Positions 45,961 through 61,700 of a stretch of 64,000 nucleotides of DNA are shown in pieces. A program made the translations under genes and the position numbers. This DNA is from Macrostomum lignano (Eukaryota): the NCBI GenBank assembly GCA_002269645.1, contig NIVC01001498.1, positions 1 through 64,000 on the forward strand. Reading direction: 5' to 3'. The notes beneath the pieces were generated by a model. The model saw only the letters and a program-made list of their open reading frames with translations, was not told the origin of the DNA and made no database searches. Positions within the stretch are counted from its first letter, which is position 1, and every line of letters begins with the position of its first letter.

Positions 45961-46744
45961 GGACTCACTCACTCGCTTATTCACTCATTTTAGTGAGCGA
46001 GTAAATGAGTGAGTGTCTGAGTGAATAAATACACAAAATTCAATCGTACTCCAAATTAAATAGTCAATCACACAAAAGCGCAAATGGTTTTGCTCCGGTA
46101 CTATGCTCAAATATTCTGTATTATTTTCGCCAGATAACAGTCAAACAGTACAGTGGGAATCCATTTATTTTTTTTGAAATAACAGTTTGACGGGCAGATT
46201 GCTGGCAAATGCATTTCTTCTAAGACATTGCGGGTCTTCGCTTTCAAAGAGAAAAACGGTAAAGATGTTTTGTGATCCTGAGGATAAATCTAGCCAAAGT
46301 AATTAGCACAACCCTGAGCACTCTGGTTTCCCATCAATCTTTGGGGGTTCGTCATTTTTCAGCATCCCCCCTTCATCATGAGAATCTCTCCATGCCGATT
46401 TTTAAAACAGTGATGTCGCTATTTTGCTAAGCTCTCGGAAGCAGCCTCAGTTCCTCTCTGGGATCAGATTTCGGCTTCCCAATTTTGGTCAAAACCTTTT
46501 TGCCATCCCAGGCCGCCTCTTCGAGCGGCTCTCATTTTCCGTTTCATATTTGCTTTTTTGTTGGACATCTTTGAGTTCGCTCGGTTTAGTGCGTGCTTTT
46601 CATTAGAATTTCCTCAGCTGGATGACAGGTAGCTTTTTCAATAGAAAAATATCACTGTGATAAATATATATTAAATAGGGCCGCAACAAGGGCCACTGGA
46701 AGGTCACAATGGCAGATCCATCTGAGACTGACAGTCGCTGTGAC

Positions 46745-49700
46745 AGTGACAGTGGCAGGCAGACACATTCACCGAGACATTGGCAGAAACATTCACTGAG
46801 ACAGTGGCAGACACATTCACCGAGACAGTGGCAGACAGACACATTCACCGAGACATTGGCAGACACATTCACTGAGACAGTGGCAGACACATTCACCGAG
46901 ACAGTGGCAGGCAGACAGATTCACCGAGACAGTGGCAGACAGACACATTCACCGAGACAGTGGCAGACAGACACATTCACCGACACAGTGGCAGACACAT
47001 TCACTGAGACAGTGGCAGACACATTCACCGAGACAGTGGCAGACAGACACATTCACCGAGACAGTGGCAGACAGACACATTCACCGAGACAGTGGCAGAC
47101 AGACACATTCACCGAGACAGTGGCAGACAGACACATTCACCGAGACAGTGGCAGACACATTCACCGAGACAGTGGCAGACAGACACATTCACCGAGACAG
47201 TGGCAGACAGACACATTCACCGAGACAGTGGCAGACACATTCACCGAGACAGTGGCAGACAGACACATTCACCGAGACAGTGGCAGACAGACACATTCAC
47301 CGAGACAGTGGCAGACACATTCACCGAGACAGTGGCAGACAGACACATTCACCGAGACAGTGGCAGACAGACACATTCACCGAGACAGTGGCAGACACAT
47401 TCACCGAGACAGTGGCAGGCAGACACATTTACCGAGACAGTGGCAGACAGACATATTCACTGAGACATTGGCAGTGGCAGGCAGACACATTCACCGAGAC
47501 AATGGCAGACAGACACATTCACCGAAACAGTGGCAGACACATTCACCGAGACAGTGGCAGGCAGACACATTCACCGAGACAGTGGCAGGCAGACACATTC
47601 ACCGAGACAGTGGCAGGCAGACACATTCACCGAAACAGTGGCAGACACATTCACCGAGACAGTGGCAGACAGACACATTCACCGAGACAGTGGCAGGCAG
47701 ACACATTCACCGAGACAGTGGCAGGCAGACACATTCACCGAAACAGTGGCAGACACATTCACCGAGACAGTGGCAGGCAGACACATTCACCGAGACAGTG
47801 GCAGACACATTCACCGAGACAGTGGCAGACACATTCACCGAGACAGTGGCAGGCAGACACATTCACCGAGACAGTGGCAGACACATTCACCGAAACAGTG
47901 GCAGACACATTCACCGAGACAGTGGCAGACACATTCACCGAGACAGTGGCAGAGAGACACATTCACTGAGACAGTGGCAGGCAGACACATTTACCGAGAC
48001 AGTGGCAGACAGACATATTCACTGAGACATTGGCAGTGGCAGGCAGACACATTCACCGAGACAATGGCAGACAGACACATTCACCGAGACAGTGGCAGGC
48101 AGACACATTCACCGAGACAGTGGCAGGCAGACACATTCACCGAGACAGTGGCAGGCAGACACATTCACCGAAACAGTGGCAGACACATTCACCGAGACAG
48201 TGGCAGGCAGACACATTCACCGAGACAGTGGCAGACAGACACATTCACCGAGACAGTGGCAGGCAGACACATTCACCGAGACAGTGGCAGGCAGACACAT
48301 TCACCGAGACAGTGGCAGGCAGACACATTCACCGAAACAGTGGCAGACACATTCACCGAGACAGTGGCAGGCAGACACATTTACCGAGACAGTGGCAGAC
48401 AGACATATTCACTGAGACATTGGCAGTGGCAGGCAGACACATTCACCGAGACAATGGCAGACAGACACATTCACCGAGACAGTGGCAGGCAGACACATTC
48501 ACCGAGACAGTGGCAGGCAGACACATTCACCGAGACAGTGGCAGGCAGACACATTCACCGAGACAGTGGCAGGCAGACACATTCACCGAAACAGTGGCAG
48601 ACACATTCACCGAGACAGTGGCAGGCAGACACATTCACCGAGACAGTGGCAGACAGACACATTCACCGAGACAGTGGCAGGCAGACACATTCACCGAGAC
48701 AGTGGCAGACACATTCACCGAGACAGTGGCAGGCAGACACATTCACCGAGACAGTGGCAGGCAGACACATTCACCGAGACAGTGGCAGGCAGACACATTC
48801 ACCGAGACAGTGGCAGACACATTCACCGAGACAGTGGCAGACACATTCACCGAGACAGTGGCAGACACATTCACCGAGACAGTGGCAGGCAGACACATTC
48901 ACCGAGACAGTGGCAGACACATTCACCGAAACAGTGGCAGACACATTCACCGAGACAGTGGCAGACACATTCACCGAAACAGTGGCAGACACATTCACCG
49001 AGACAGTGGCAGACACATTCACCGAGACAGTGGCAGGCAGACACATTCACCGAGACAGTGGCAGACAGACACATTCACAGAGTGGCAGGCAGACACATTC
49101 ACCGAGACAGTGGCAGAGAGACACATTCACTGAGACAGTGGTAGGCAGACACATTCACCGAGACAGTGGCAGGCAGACACATTTACCGAGACAGTGGCAG
49201 ACAGACATATTCACTGAGACATTGGCAGTGGCAGGCAGACACATTCACCGAGACAATGGCAGACAGACACATTCACCGAAACAGTGGCAGACACATTCAC
49301 CGAGACAGTGGCAGGCAGACACATTCACCGAGACAGTGGCAGGCAGACACATTCACCGAGACAGTGGCAGGCAGACACATTCACCGAAACAGTGGCAGAC
49401 ACATTCACCGAGACAGTGGCAGGCAGACACATTCACCGAGACAGTGGCAGGCAGACACATTCACCGAGACAGTGGCAGGCAGACACATTCACCGAACAGT
49501 GGCAGACACATTCACCGAGACAGTGGCAGGCAGACACATTCACCGAGACAGTGGCAGACACATTCACCGAGACAGTGGCAGACACATTCACCGAGACAGT
49601 GGCAGGCAGACACATTCACCGAGACAGTGGCAGACACATTCACCGAAACAGTGGCAGACACATTCACCGAGACAGTGGCAGACACATTCACCGAGACAGT

Positions 49701-52700
49701 GGCAGGCAGACACATTCACCGAGACAGTGGCAGAGAGACACATTCACTGAGACAGTGGTAGGCAGACACATTCACCGAGACAGTGGCAGGCAGACACATT
49801 CACTGAGACAGTGGCAGGCAGACACATTTACCGAGACAGTGGCAGACAGACATATTCACGAGACAGTGGCAGGCAGACACATTCACCGAGACATGGCAGA
49901 CAGACACATTCACCGAGACAGTGGCAGGCAGACACATTCACCGAGACAGTGGCAGGCAGACACATTCACCGAGACAGTGGCAGGCAGACACATTCACCGA
50001 ACAGTGGCAGACACATTCACCGAGACAGTGGCAGGCAGACACATTCACCGAGACAGTGGCAGCAGACACATTCACCGAGACAGTGGCAGGCAGACACATT
50101 CACCGAGACAGTGGCAGGCAGACACATTCACCGAGACAGTGGCAGGCAGACACATTCACCGAACAGTGGCAGACACATTCACCGAGACAGTGGCAGGCAG
50201 ACACATTCACCGAGACAGTGGCAGACACATTCACCGAGACAGTGGCAGACACATTCACCGAGACAGTGGCAGCAGACACATTCACCGAGACAGTGGCAGG
50301 CAGACACATTCACCGAGACAGTGGCAGGCAGACACATTCACCGAGACAGTGGCAGGCAGACACATTCACCGAGACAGTGGCAGGCAGACACATTCACCGA
50401 ACAGTGGCAGACACATTCACCGAGACAGTGGCAGGCAGACACATTCACCGAGACAGTGGCAGCAGACACATTCACCGAGACAGTGGCAGGCAGACACATT
50501 CACCGAGACAGTGGCAGGCAGACACATTCACCGAGACAGTGGCAGGCAGACACATTCACCGAGACAGTGGCAGGCAGACACATTCACCGAGACAGTGGCA
50601 GACACATTCACCGAGACAGTGGCAGGCAGACACATTCACCGAGACAGTGGCAGGCAGACACATTCACCGAACAGTGGCAGACACATTCACCGAGACAGTG
50701 GCAGGCAGACACATTCACCGAGACAGTGGCAGACAGACACATTCACCGAGACAGTGGCAGGCAGACACATTCACCGAGACAGTGGCAGCAGACACATTCA
50801 CCGAGACAGTGGCAGGCAGACACATTCACCGAGACAGTGGCAGGCAGACACATTCACCGAGACAGTGGCAGGCAGACACATTCACCGAGACAGTGGCAGG
50901 CAGACACATTCACCGAACAGTGGCAGACACATTCACCGAGACAGTGGCAGGCAGACACATTCACCGAGACAGTGGCAGCAGACACATTCACCGAGACAGT
51001 GGCAGGCAGACACATTCACCGAGACAGTGGCAGACACATTCACCGAGACAGTGGCAGGCAGACACATTCACCGAGACAGTGGCAGGCAGACACATTCACC
51101 GAGACAGTGGCAGGCAGACACATTCACCGAGACAGTGGCAGACACATTCACCGAGACAGTGGCAGACACATTCACCGAGACAGTGGCAGACACATTCACC
51201 GAGACAGTGGCAGGCAGACACATTCACCGAGACAGTGGCAGACACATTCACCGAGACAGTGGCAGACACATTCACCGAGACAGTGGCAGACACATTCACC
51301 GAGACAGTGGCAGACACATTCACCGAGACAGTGGCAGACACATTCACCGAGACAGTGGCAGCAGACACATTCACAGACAGTGGCAGGCAGACACATTCAC
51401 CGAGACAGTGGCAGAGACACATTCACCGAGACAGTGGCAGGCAGACACATTCACCGAGACAGTGGCAGGCAGACACATTCACCGAGACAGTGGCAGACAG
51501 ACATTCACGAGACAGCAGTGGCAGGCAGACACATTCACCGAGACAGTGGCAGCAGACACATTCACCGAGACAGTGGCAGACACATTCACCGAGACAGTGG
51601 CAGGCAGACACATTCACCGAGACAGTGGCAGGCAGACACATTCACCGAGACAGTGGCAGGCAGACACATTCACCGAACAGTGGCAGACACATTCACCGAG
51701 ACAGTGGCAGCAGACACATTCACCGAGACAGTGGCAGGCAGACACATTCACCGAGACAGTGGCAGACACATTCACCGAGACAGTGGCAGGCAGACACATT
51801 CACCGAGACAGTGGCAGGCAGACACATTCACCGAGACAGTGGCAGGCAGACACATTCACCGAGACAGTGGCAGACACATTCACCGAGACAGTGGCAGACA
51901 CATTCACCGAGACAGTGGCAGACACATTCACCGAGACAGTGGCAGGCAGACACATTCACCGAGACAGTGGCAGACACATTCACCGAGACAGTGGCAGACA
52001 CATTCACCGAGACAGTGGCAGACACATTCACCGAGACAGTGGCAGACACATTCACCGAGACAGTGGCAGACACATTCACCGAGACAGTGGCAGGCAGACA
52101 CATTCACCGAGACAGTGGCAGACAGACACATTCACAGACAGTGGCAGGCAGACACATTCACCGAGACAGTGGCAGAGACACATTCACCGAGACAGTGGCA
52201 GGCAGACACATTCACCGAGACAGTGGCAGGCAGACACATTTACCGAGACAGTGGCAGACAGACATATTCACTGAGACAGTGGCAGGCAGACACATTCACC
52301 GAGACAGTGGCAGACAGACACATTCACCGAGACAGTGGCAGACACATTCACCGAGACAGTGGCAGGCAGACACATTCACCGAGACAGTGGCAGGCAGACA
52401 CATTCACCGAGACAGTGGCAGGCAGACACATTCACCGAACAGTGGCAGACACATTCACCGAGACAGTGGCAGGCAGACACATTCACCGAGACAGTGGCAG
52501 GCAGACACATTCACCGAGACAGTGGCAGGCAGACACATTCACCGAGACAGTGGCAGACACATTCACCGAGACAGTGGCAGGCAGACACATTCACCGAGAC
52601 AGTGGCAGACACATTCACCGAGACAGTGGCAGACACATTCACCGAGACAGTGGCAGGCAGACACATTCACCGAGACAGTGGCAGACACATTCACCGAGAC

Positions 52701-55700
52701 AGTGGCAGACACATTCACCGAGACAGTGGCAGACACATTCACCGAGACAGTGGCAGGCAGACACATTCACCGAGACAGTGGCAGGCAGACACATTCACCG
52801 AGACAGTGGCAGGCAGACACATTCACCGAGACAGTGGCAGGCAGACACATTCACCGAGACAGTGGCAGGCAGACACATTCACCGAGACAGTGGCAGACAG
52901 ACACATTCACCGAGACAGTGGCAGGCAGACACATTCACCGAGACAGTGGCAGCAGACACATTCACCGAGACAGTGGCAGGCAGACACATTCACCGAGACA
53001 GTGGCAGGCAGACACATTCACCGAGACAGTGGCAGGCAGACACATTCACCGAGACAGTGGCAGACACATTCACCGAGACAGTGGCAGGCAGACACATTCA
53101 CCGAGACAGTGGCAGCAGACACATTCACCGAGACAGTGGCAGGCAGACACATTCACCGAGACAGTGGCAGGCAGACACATTCACCGAGACAGTGGCAGGC
53201 AGACACATTCACCGAGACAGTGGCAGACACATTCACCGAGACAGTGGCAGGCAGACACATTCACCGAGACAGTGGCAGACAGACACATTCACCGAGACAG
53301 TGGCAGGCAGACACATTCACCGAGACAGTGGCAGCAGACACATTCACCGAGACAGTGGCAGGCAGACACATTCACCGAGACAGTGGCAGGCAGACACATT
53401 CACCGAGACAGTGGCAGGCAGACACATTCACCGAGACAGTGGCAGGCAGACACATTCACCGAGACAGTGGCAGACACATTCACCGAGACAGTGGCAGGCA
53501 GACACATTCACCGAGACAGTGGCAGGCAGACACATTCACCGAGACAGTGGCAGGCAGACACATTCACCGAGACAGTGGCAGGCAGACACATTCACCGAGA
53601 CAGTGGCAGGCAGACACATTCACCGAGACAGTGGCAGGCAGACACATTCACCGAGACAGTGGCAGACACATTCACCGAGACAGTGGCAGGCAGACACATT
53701 CACCGAGACAGTGGCAGGCAGACACATTCACCGAGACAGTGGCAGACACATTCACCGAGACAGTGGCAGGCAGACACATTCACCGAGACAGTGGCAGACA
53801 GACACATTCACCGAGACAGTGGCAGGCAGACACATTCACCGAGACAGTGGCAGGCAGACACATTCACCGAGACAGTGGCAGGCAGACACATTCACCGAGA
53901 CAGTGGCAGGCAGACACATTCACCGAGACAGTGGCAGGCAGACACATTCACCGAGACAGTGGCAGGCAGACACATTCACCGAGACAGTGGCAGACACATT
54001 CACCGAGACAGTGGCAGGCAGACACATTCACCGAGACAGTGGCAGGCAGACACATTCACCGAGACAGTGGCAGGCAGACACATTCACCGAGACAGTGGCA
54101 GACACATTCACCGAGACAGTGGCAGGCAGACACATTCACCGAGACAGTGGCAGGCAGACACATTCACCGAGACAGTGGCAGGCAGACACATTCACCGAGA
54201 CAGTGGCAGGCAGACACATTCACCGAGACAGTGGCAGGCAGACACATTCACCGAGACAGTGGCAGGCAGACACATTCACCGAGACAGTGGCAGGCAGACA
54301 CATTCACCGAGACAGTGGCAGACACATTCACCGAGACAGTGGCAGGCAGACACATTCACCGAGACAGTGGCAGGCAGACACATTCACCGAGACAGTGGCA
54401 GGCAGACACATTCACCGAGACAGTGGCAGGCAGACACATTCACCGAGACAGTGGCAGGCAGACACATTCACCGAGACAGTGGCAGGCAGACACATTCACC
54501 GAGACAGTGGCAGACACATTCACCGAGACAGTGGCAGGCAGACACATTCACCGAGACAGTGGCAGGCAGACACATTCACCGAGACAGTGGCAGACACATT
54601 CACCGAGACAGTGGCAGGCAGACACATTCACCGAGACAGTGGCAGGCAGACACATTCACCGAGACAGTGGCAGGCAGACACATTCACCGAGACAGTGGCA
54701 GGCAGACACATTCACCGAGACAGTGGCAGGCAGACACATTCACCGAGACAGTGGCAGCAGACACATTCACCGAGACAGTGGCAGGCAGACACATTCACCG
54801 AGACAGTGGCAGGCAGACACATTCACCGAGACAGTGGCAGAGACACATTCACCGAGACAGTGGCAGGCAGACACATTCACCGAGACAGTGGCAGCAGACA
54901 CATTCACCGAGACAGTGGCAGGCAGACACATTCACCGAGACAGTGGCAGGCAGACACATTCACCGAGACAGTGGCAGGCAGACACATTCACCGAGACAGT
55001 GGCAGACACATTCACCGAGACAGTGGCAGACACATTCACCGAGACAGTGGCAGACACATTCACCGAGACAGTGGCAGACACATTCACCGAGACAGTGGCA
55101 GACACATTCACCGAGACAGTGGCAGACACATTCACCGAGACAGTGGCAGACACATTCACCGAGACAGTGGCAGACACATTCACCGAGACAGTGGCAGACA
55201 CATTCACCGAGACAGTGGCAGACACATTCACCGAGACAGTGGCAGACACATTCACCGAGACAGTGGCAGGCAGACACATTCACCGAGACAGTGGCAGGCA
55301 GACACATTCACCGAGACAGTGGCAGGCAGACACATTCACCGAGACAGTGGCAGGCAGACACATTCACCGAGACAGTGGCAGGCAGACACATTCACCGAGA
55401 CAGTGGCAGACACATTCACCGAGACAGTGGCAGGCAGACACATTCACCGAGACAGTGGCAGGCAGACACATTCACCGAGACAGTGGCAGGCAGACACATT
55501 CACCGAGACAGTGGCAGACACATTCACCGAGACAGTGGCAGGCAGACACATTCACCGAGACAGTGGCAGGCAGACACATTCACCGAGACAGTGGCAGACA
55601 CATTCACCGAGACAGTGGCAGACACATTCACCGAGACAGTGGCAGGCAGACACATTCACCGAGACAGTGGCAGGCAGACACATTCACCGAGACAGTGGCA

Positions 55701-58700
55701 GACACATTCACCGAGACAGTGGCAGACACATTCACCGAGACAGTGGCAGACACATTCACCGAGACAGTGGCAGACACATTCACCGAGACAGTGGCAGACA
55801 CATTCACCGAGACAGTGGCAGACACATTCACCGAGACAGTGGCAGACACATTCACCGAGACAGTGGCAGACACATTCACCGAGACAGTGGCAGACACATT
55901 CACCGAGACAGTGGCAGACACATTCACCGAGACAGTGGCAGACACATTCACCGAGACAGTGGCAGAGACACATTCACCGAGACAGTGGCAGGCAGACACA
56001 TTCACCGAGACAGTGGCAGGCAGACACATTCACCGAGACAGTGGCAGGCAGACACATTCACCGAGACAGTGGCAGGCAGACACATTCACCGAGACAGTGG
56101 CAGCAGACACATTCACCGAGACAGTGGCAGGCAGACACATTCACCGAGACAGTGGCAGCAGACACATTCACCGAGACAGTGGCAGGCAGACACATTCACC
56201 GAGACAGTGGCAGGCAGACACATTCACCGAGACAGTGGCAGGCAGACACATTCACCGAGACAGTGGCAGGCAGACACATTCACCGAGACAGTGGCAGGCA
56301 GACACATTCACCGAGACAGTGGCAGGCAGACACATTCACCGAGACAGTGGCAGGCAGACACATTCACCGAGACAGTGGCAGGCAGACACATTCACCGAGA
56401 CAGTGGCAGGCAGACACATTCACCGAGACAGTGGCAGGCAGACACATTCACCGAGACAGTGGCAGACACATTCACCGAGACAGTGGCAGAGACACATTCA
56501 CCGAGACAGTGGCAGACACATTCACCGAGACAGTGGCAGACACATTCACCGAGACAGTGGCAGACACATTCACCGAGACAGTGGCAGACACATTCACCGA
56601 GACAGTGGCAGCAGACACATTCACCGAGACAGTGGCAGAGACACATTCACCGAGACAGTGGCAGGCAGACACATTCACCGAGACAGTGGCAGGCAGACAC
56701 ATTCACCGAGACAGTGGCAGGCAGACACATTCACCGAGACAGTGGCAGGCAGACACATTCACCGAGACAGTGGCAGGCAGACACATTCACCGAGACAGTG
56801 GCAGACAGACACATTCACCGAGACAGTGGCAGGCAGACACATTCACCGAGACAGTGGCAGGCAGACACATTCACCGAGACAGTGGCAGGCAGACACATTC
56901 ACCGAGACAGTGGCAGGCAGACACATTCACCGAGACAGTGGCAGGCAGACACATTCACCGAGACAGTGGCAGGCAGACACATTCACCGAGACAGTGGCAG
57001 GCAGACACATTCACCGAGACAGTGGCAGGCAGACACATTCACCGAGACAGTGGCAGGCAGACACATTCACCGAGACAGTGGCAGGCAGACACATTCACCG
57101 AGACAGTGGCAGGCAGACACATTCACCGAGACAGTGGCAGACACATTCACCGAGACAGTGGCAGGCAGACACATTCACCGAGACAGTGGCAGGCAGACAC
57201 ATTCACCGAGACAGTGGCAGGCAGACACATTCACCGAGACAGTGGCAGGCAGACACATTCACCGAGACAGTGGCAGGCAGACACATTCACCGAGACAGTG
57301 GCAGGCAGACACATTCACCGAGACAGTGGCAGGCAGACACATTCACCGAGACAGTGGCAGGCAGACACATTCACCGAGACAGTGGCAGGCAGACACATTC
57401 ACCGAGACAGTGGCAGGCAGACACATTCACCGAGACAGTGGCAGGCAGACACATTCACCGAGACAGTGGCAGGCAGACACATTCACCGAGACAGTGGCAG
57501 GCAGACACATTCACCGAGACAGTGGCAGGCAGACACATTCACCGAGACAGTGGCAGGCAGACACATTCACCGAGACAGTGGCAGGCAGACACATTCACCG
57601 AGACAGTGGCAGACACATTCACCGAGACAGTGGCAGGCAGACACATTCACCGAGACAGTGGCAGAGACACATTCACCGAGACAGTGGCAGGCAGACACAT
57701 TCACCGAGACAGTGGCAGGCAGACACATTCACCGAGACAGTGGCAGGCAGACACATTCACCGAGACAGTGGCAGGCAGACACATTCACCGAGACAGTGGC
57801 AGGCAGACACATTCACCGAGACAGTGGCAGACACATTCACCGAGACAGTGGCAGACACATTCACCGAGACAGTGGCAGACACATTCACCGAGACAGTGGC
57901 AGACACATTCACCGAGACAGTGGCAGACACATTCACCGAGACAGTGGCAGACACATTCACCGAGACAGTGGCAGACACATTCACCGAGACAGTGGCAGAC
58001 ACATTCACCGAGACAGTGGCAGACACATTCACCGAGACAGTGGCAGAGACACATTCACCGAGACAGTGGCAGGCAGACACATTCACCGAGACAGTGGCAG
58101 GCAGACACATTCACCGAGACAGTGGCAGGCAGACACATTCACCGAGACAGTGGCAGGCAGACACATTCACCGAGACAGTGGCAGACACATTCACCGAGAC
58201 AGTGGCAGGCAGACACATTCACCGAGACAGTGGCAGGCAGACACATTCACCGAGACAGTGGCAGCAGACACATTCACCGAGACAGTGGCAGGCAGACACA
58301 TTCACCGAGACAGTGGCAGGCAGACACATTCACCGAGACAGTGGCAGGCAGACACATTCACCGAGACAGTGGCAGAGACACATTCACCGAGACAGTGGCA
58401 GCAGACACATTCACCGAGACAGTGGCAGGCAGACACATTCACCGAGACAGTGGCAGGCAGACACATTCACCGAGACAGTGGCAGGCAGACACATTCACCG
58501 AGACAGTGGCAGGCAGACACATTCACCGAGACAGTGGCAGACACATTCACCGAGACAGTGGCAGACACATTCACCGAGACAGTGGCAGACACATTCACCG
58601 AGACAGTGGCAGACACATTCACCGAGACAGTGGCAGACACATTCACCGAGACAGTGGCAGACACATTCACCGAGACAGTGGCAGACACATTCACCGAGAC

Positions 58701-61700
58701 AGTGGCAGACACATTCACCGAAACAGTGGCAGACACATTCACCGAGACAGTGGCAGACACATTCACCGAGACAGTGGCAGGCAGACACATTCACCGAGAC
58801 AGTGGCAGAGACACATTCACCGAGACAGTGGCAGGCAGACACATTCACCGAGACAGTGGCAGGCAGACACATTCACCGAGACAGTGGCAGGCAGACACAT
58901 TCACCGAGACAGTGGCAGAGACACATTCACCGAGACAGTGGCAGCAGACACATTCACCGAGACAGTGGCAGGCAGACACATTCACCGAGACAGTGGCAGG
59001 CAGACACATTCACCGAGACAGTGGCAGGCAGACACATTCACCGAGACAGTGGCAGGCAGACACATTCACCGAGACAGTGGCAGGCAGACACATTCACCGA
59101 GACAGTGGCAGGCAGACACATTCACCGAGACAGTGGCAGGCAGACACATTCACCGAGACAGTGGCAGGCAGACACATTCACCGAGACAGTGGCAGGCAGA
59201 CACATTCACCGAGACAGTGGCAGGCAGACACATTCACCGAGACAGTGGCAGAGACACATTCACCGAGACAGTGGCAGACACATTCACCGAGACAGTGGCA
59301 GACACATTCACCGAGACAGTGGCAGACACATTCACCGAGACAGTGGCAGACACATTCACCGAGACAGTGGCAGACACATTCACCGAGACAGTGGCAGACA
59401 CATTCACCGAGACAGTGGCAGAGACACATTCACCGAGACAGTGGCAGGCAGACACATTCACCGAGACAGTGGCAGGCAGACACATTCACCGAGACAGTGG
59501 CAGGCAGACACATTCACCGAGACAGTGGCAGGCAGACACATTCACCGAGACAGTGGCAGGCAGACACATTCACCGAGACAGTGGCAGGCAGACACATTCA
59601 CCGAGACAGTGGCAGGCAGACACATTCACCGAGACAGTGGCAGGCAGACACATTCACCGAGACAGTGGCAGGCAGACACATTCACCGAGACAGTGGCAGG
59701 CAGACACATTCACCGAGACAGTGGCAGGCAGACACATTCACCGAGACAGTGGCAGGCAGACACATTCACCGAGACAGTGGCAGGCAGACACATTCACCGA
59801 GACAGTGGCAGGCAGACACATTCACCGAGACAGTGGCAGGCAGACACATTCACCGAGACAGTGGCAGGCAGACACATTCACCGAGACAGTGGCAGGCAGA
59901 CACATTCACCGAGACAGTGGCAGGCAGACACATTCACCGAGACAGTGGCAGGCAGACACATTCACCGAGACAGTGGCAGACAGACACATTCACCGAGACA
60001 GTGGCAGGCAGACACATTCACCGAGACAGTGGCAGGCAGACACATTCACCGAGACAGTGGCAGGCAGACACATTCACCGAGACAGTGGCAGGCAGACACA
60101 TTCACCGAGACAGTGGCAGGCAGACACATTCACCGAGACAGTGGCAGGCAGACACATTCACCGAGACAGTGGCAGCAGACACATTCACCGAGACAGTGGC
60201 AGGCAGACACATTCACCGAGACAGTGGCAGGCAGACACATTCACCGAGACAGTGGCAGGCAGACACATTCACCGAGACAGTGGCAGGCAGACACATTCAC
60301 CGAGACAGTGGCAGGCAGACACATTCACCGAGACAGTGGCAGGCAGACACATTCACCGAGACAGTGGCAGGCAGACACATTCACCGAGACAGTGGCAGGC
60401 AGACACATTCACCGAGACAGTGGCAGGCAGACACATTCACCGAGACAGTGGCAGGCAGACACATTCACCGAGACAGTGGCAGGCAGACACATTCACCGAG
60501 ACAGTGGCAGGCAGACACATTCACCGAGACAGTGGCAGGCAGACACATTCACCGAGACAGTGGCAGGCAGACACATTCACCGAGACAGTGGCAGGCAGAC
60601 ACATTCACCGAGACAGTGGCAGGCAGACACATTCACCGAGACAGTGGCAGGCAGACACATTCACCGAGACAGTGGCAGGCAGACACATTCACCGAGACAG
60701 TGGCAGGCAGACACATTCACCGAGACAGTGGCAGGCAGACACATTCACCGAGACAGTGGCAGGCAGACACATTCACCGAGACAGTGGCAGGCAGACACAT
60801 TCACCGAGACAGTGGCAGGCAGACACATTCACCGAGACAGTGGCAGGCAGACACATTCACCGAGACAGTGGCAGGCAGACACATTCACCGAGACAGTGGC
60901 AGGCAGACACATTCACCGAGACAGTGGCAGGCAGACACATTCACCGAGACAGTGGCAGGCAGACACATTCACCGAGACAGTGGCAGGCAGACACATTCAC
61001 CGAGACAGTGGCAGGCAGACACATTCACCGAGACAGTGGCAGGCAGACACATTCACCGAGACAGTGGCAGGCAGACACATTCACCGAGACAGTGGCAGGC
61101 AGACACATTCACCGAGACAGTGGCAGGCAGACACATTCACCGAGACAGTGGCAGGCAGACACATTCACCGAGACAGTGGCAGGCAGACACATTCACCGAG
61201 ACAGTGGCAGGCAGACACATTCACCGAGACAGTGGCAGGCAGACACATTCACCGAGACAGTGGCAGAGACACATTCACCGAGACAGTGGCAGGCAGACAC
61301 ATTCACCGAGACAGTGGCAGACAGACACATTCACCGAGACAGTGGCAGGCAGACACATTCACCGAGACAGTGGCAGGCAGACACATTCACCGAGACAGTG
61401 GCAGGCAGACACATTCACCGAGACAGTGGCAGGCAGACACATTCACCGAGACAGTGGCAGGCAGACACATTCACCGAGACAGTGGCAGGCAGACACATTC
61501 ACCGAGACAGTGGCAGGCAGACACATTCACCGAGACAGTGGCAGGCAGACACATTCACCGAGACAGTGGCAGGCAGACACATTCACCGAGACAGTGGCAG
61601 GCACACATTCACCGAGACAGTGGCAGGCAGACACATTCACCGAGACAGTGGCAGGCAGACACATTCACCGAGACAGTGGCAGGCAGACACATTCACCGAG

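Noticed and set aside
49490-61620. Rare 23-, 26- and 27-bp satellite variants (CGAACAG, GGCAGCAG) as biologically meaningful units
   Set aside because: Several are single-base losses in short homopolymers, typical of long-read consensus error. They cannot be distinguished from real variants without raw reads.
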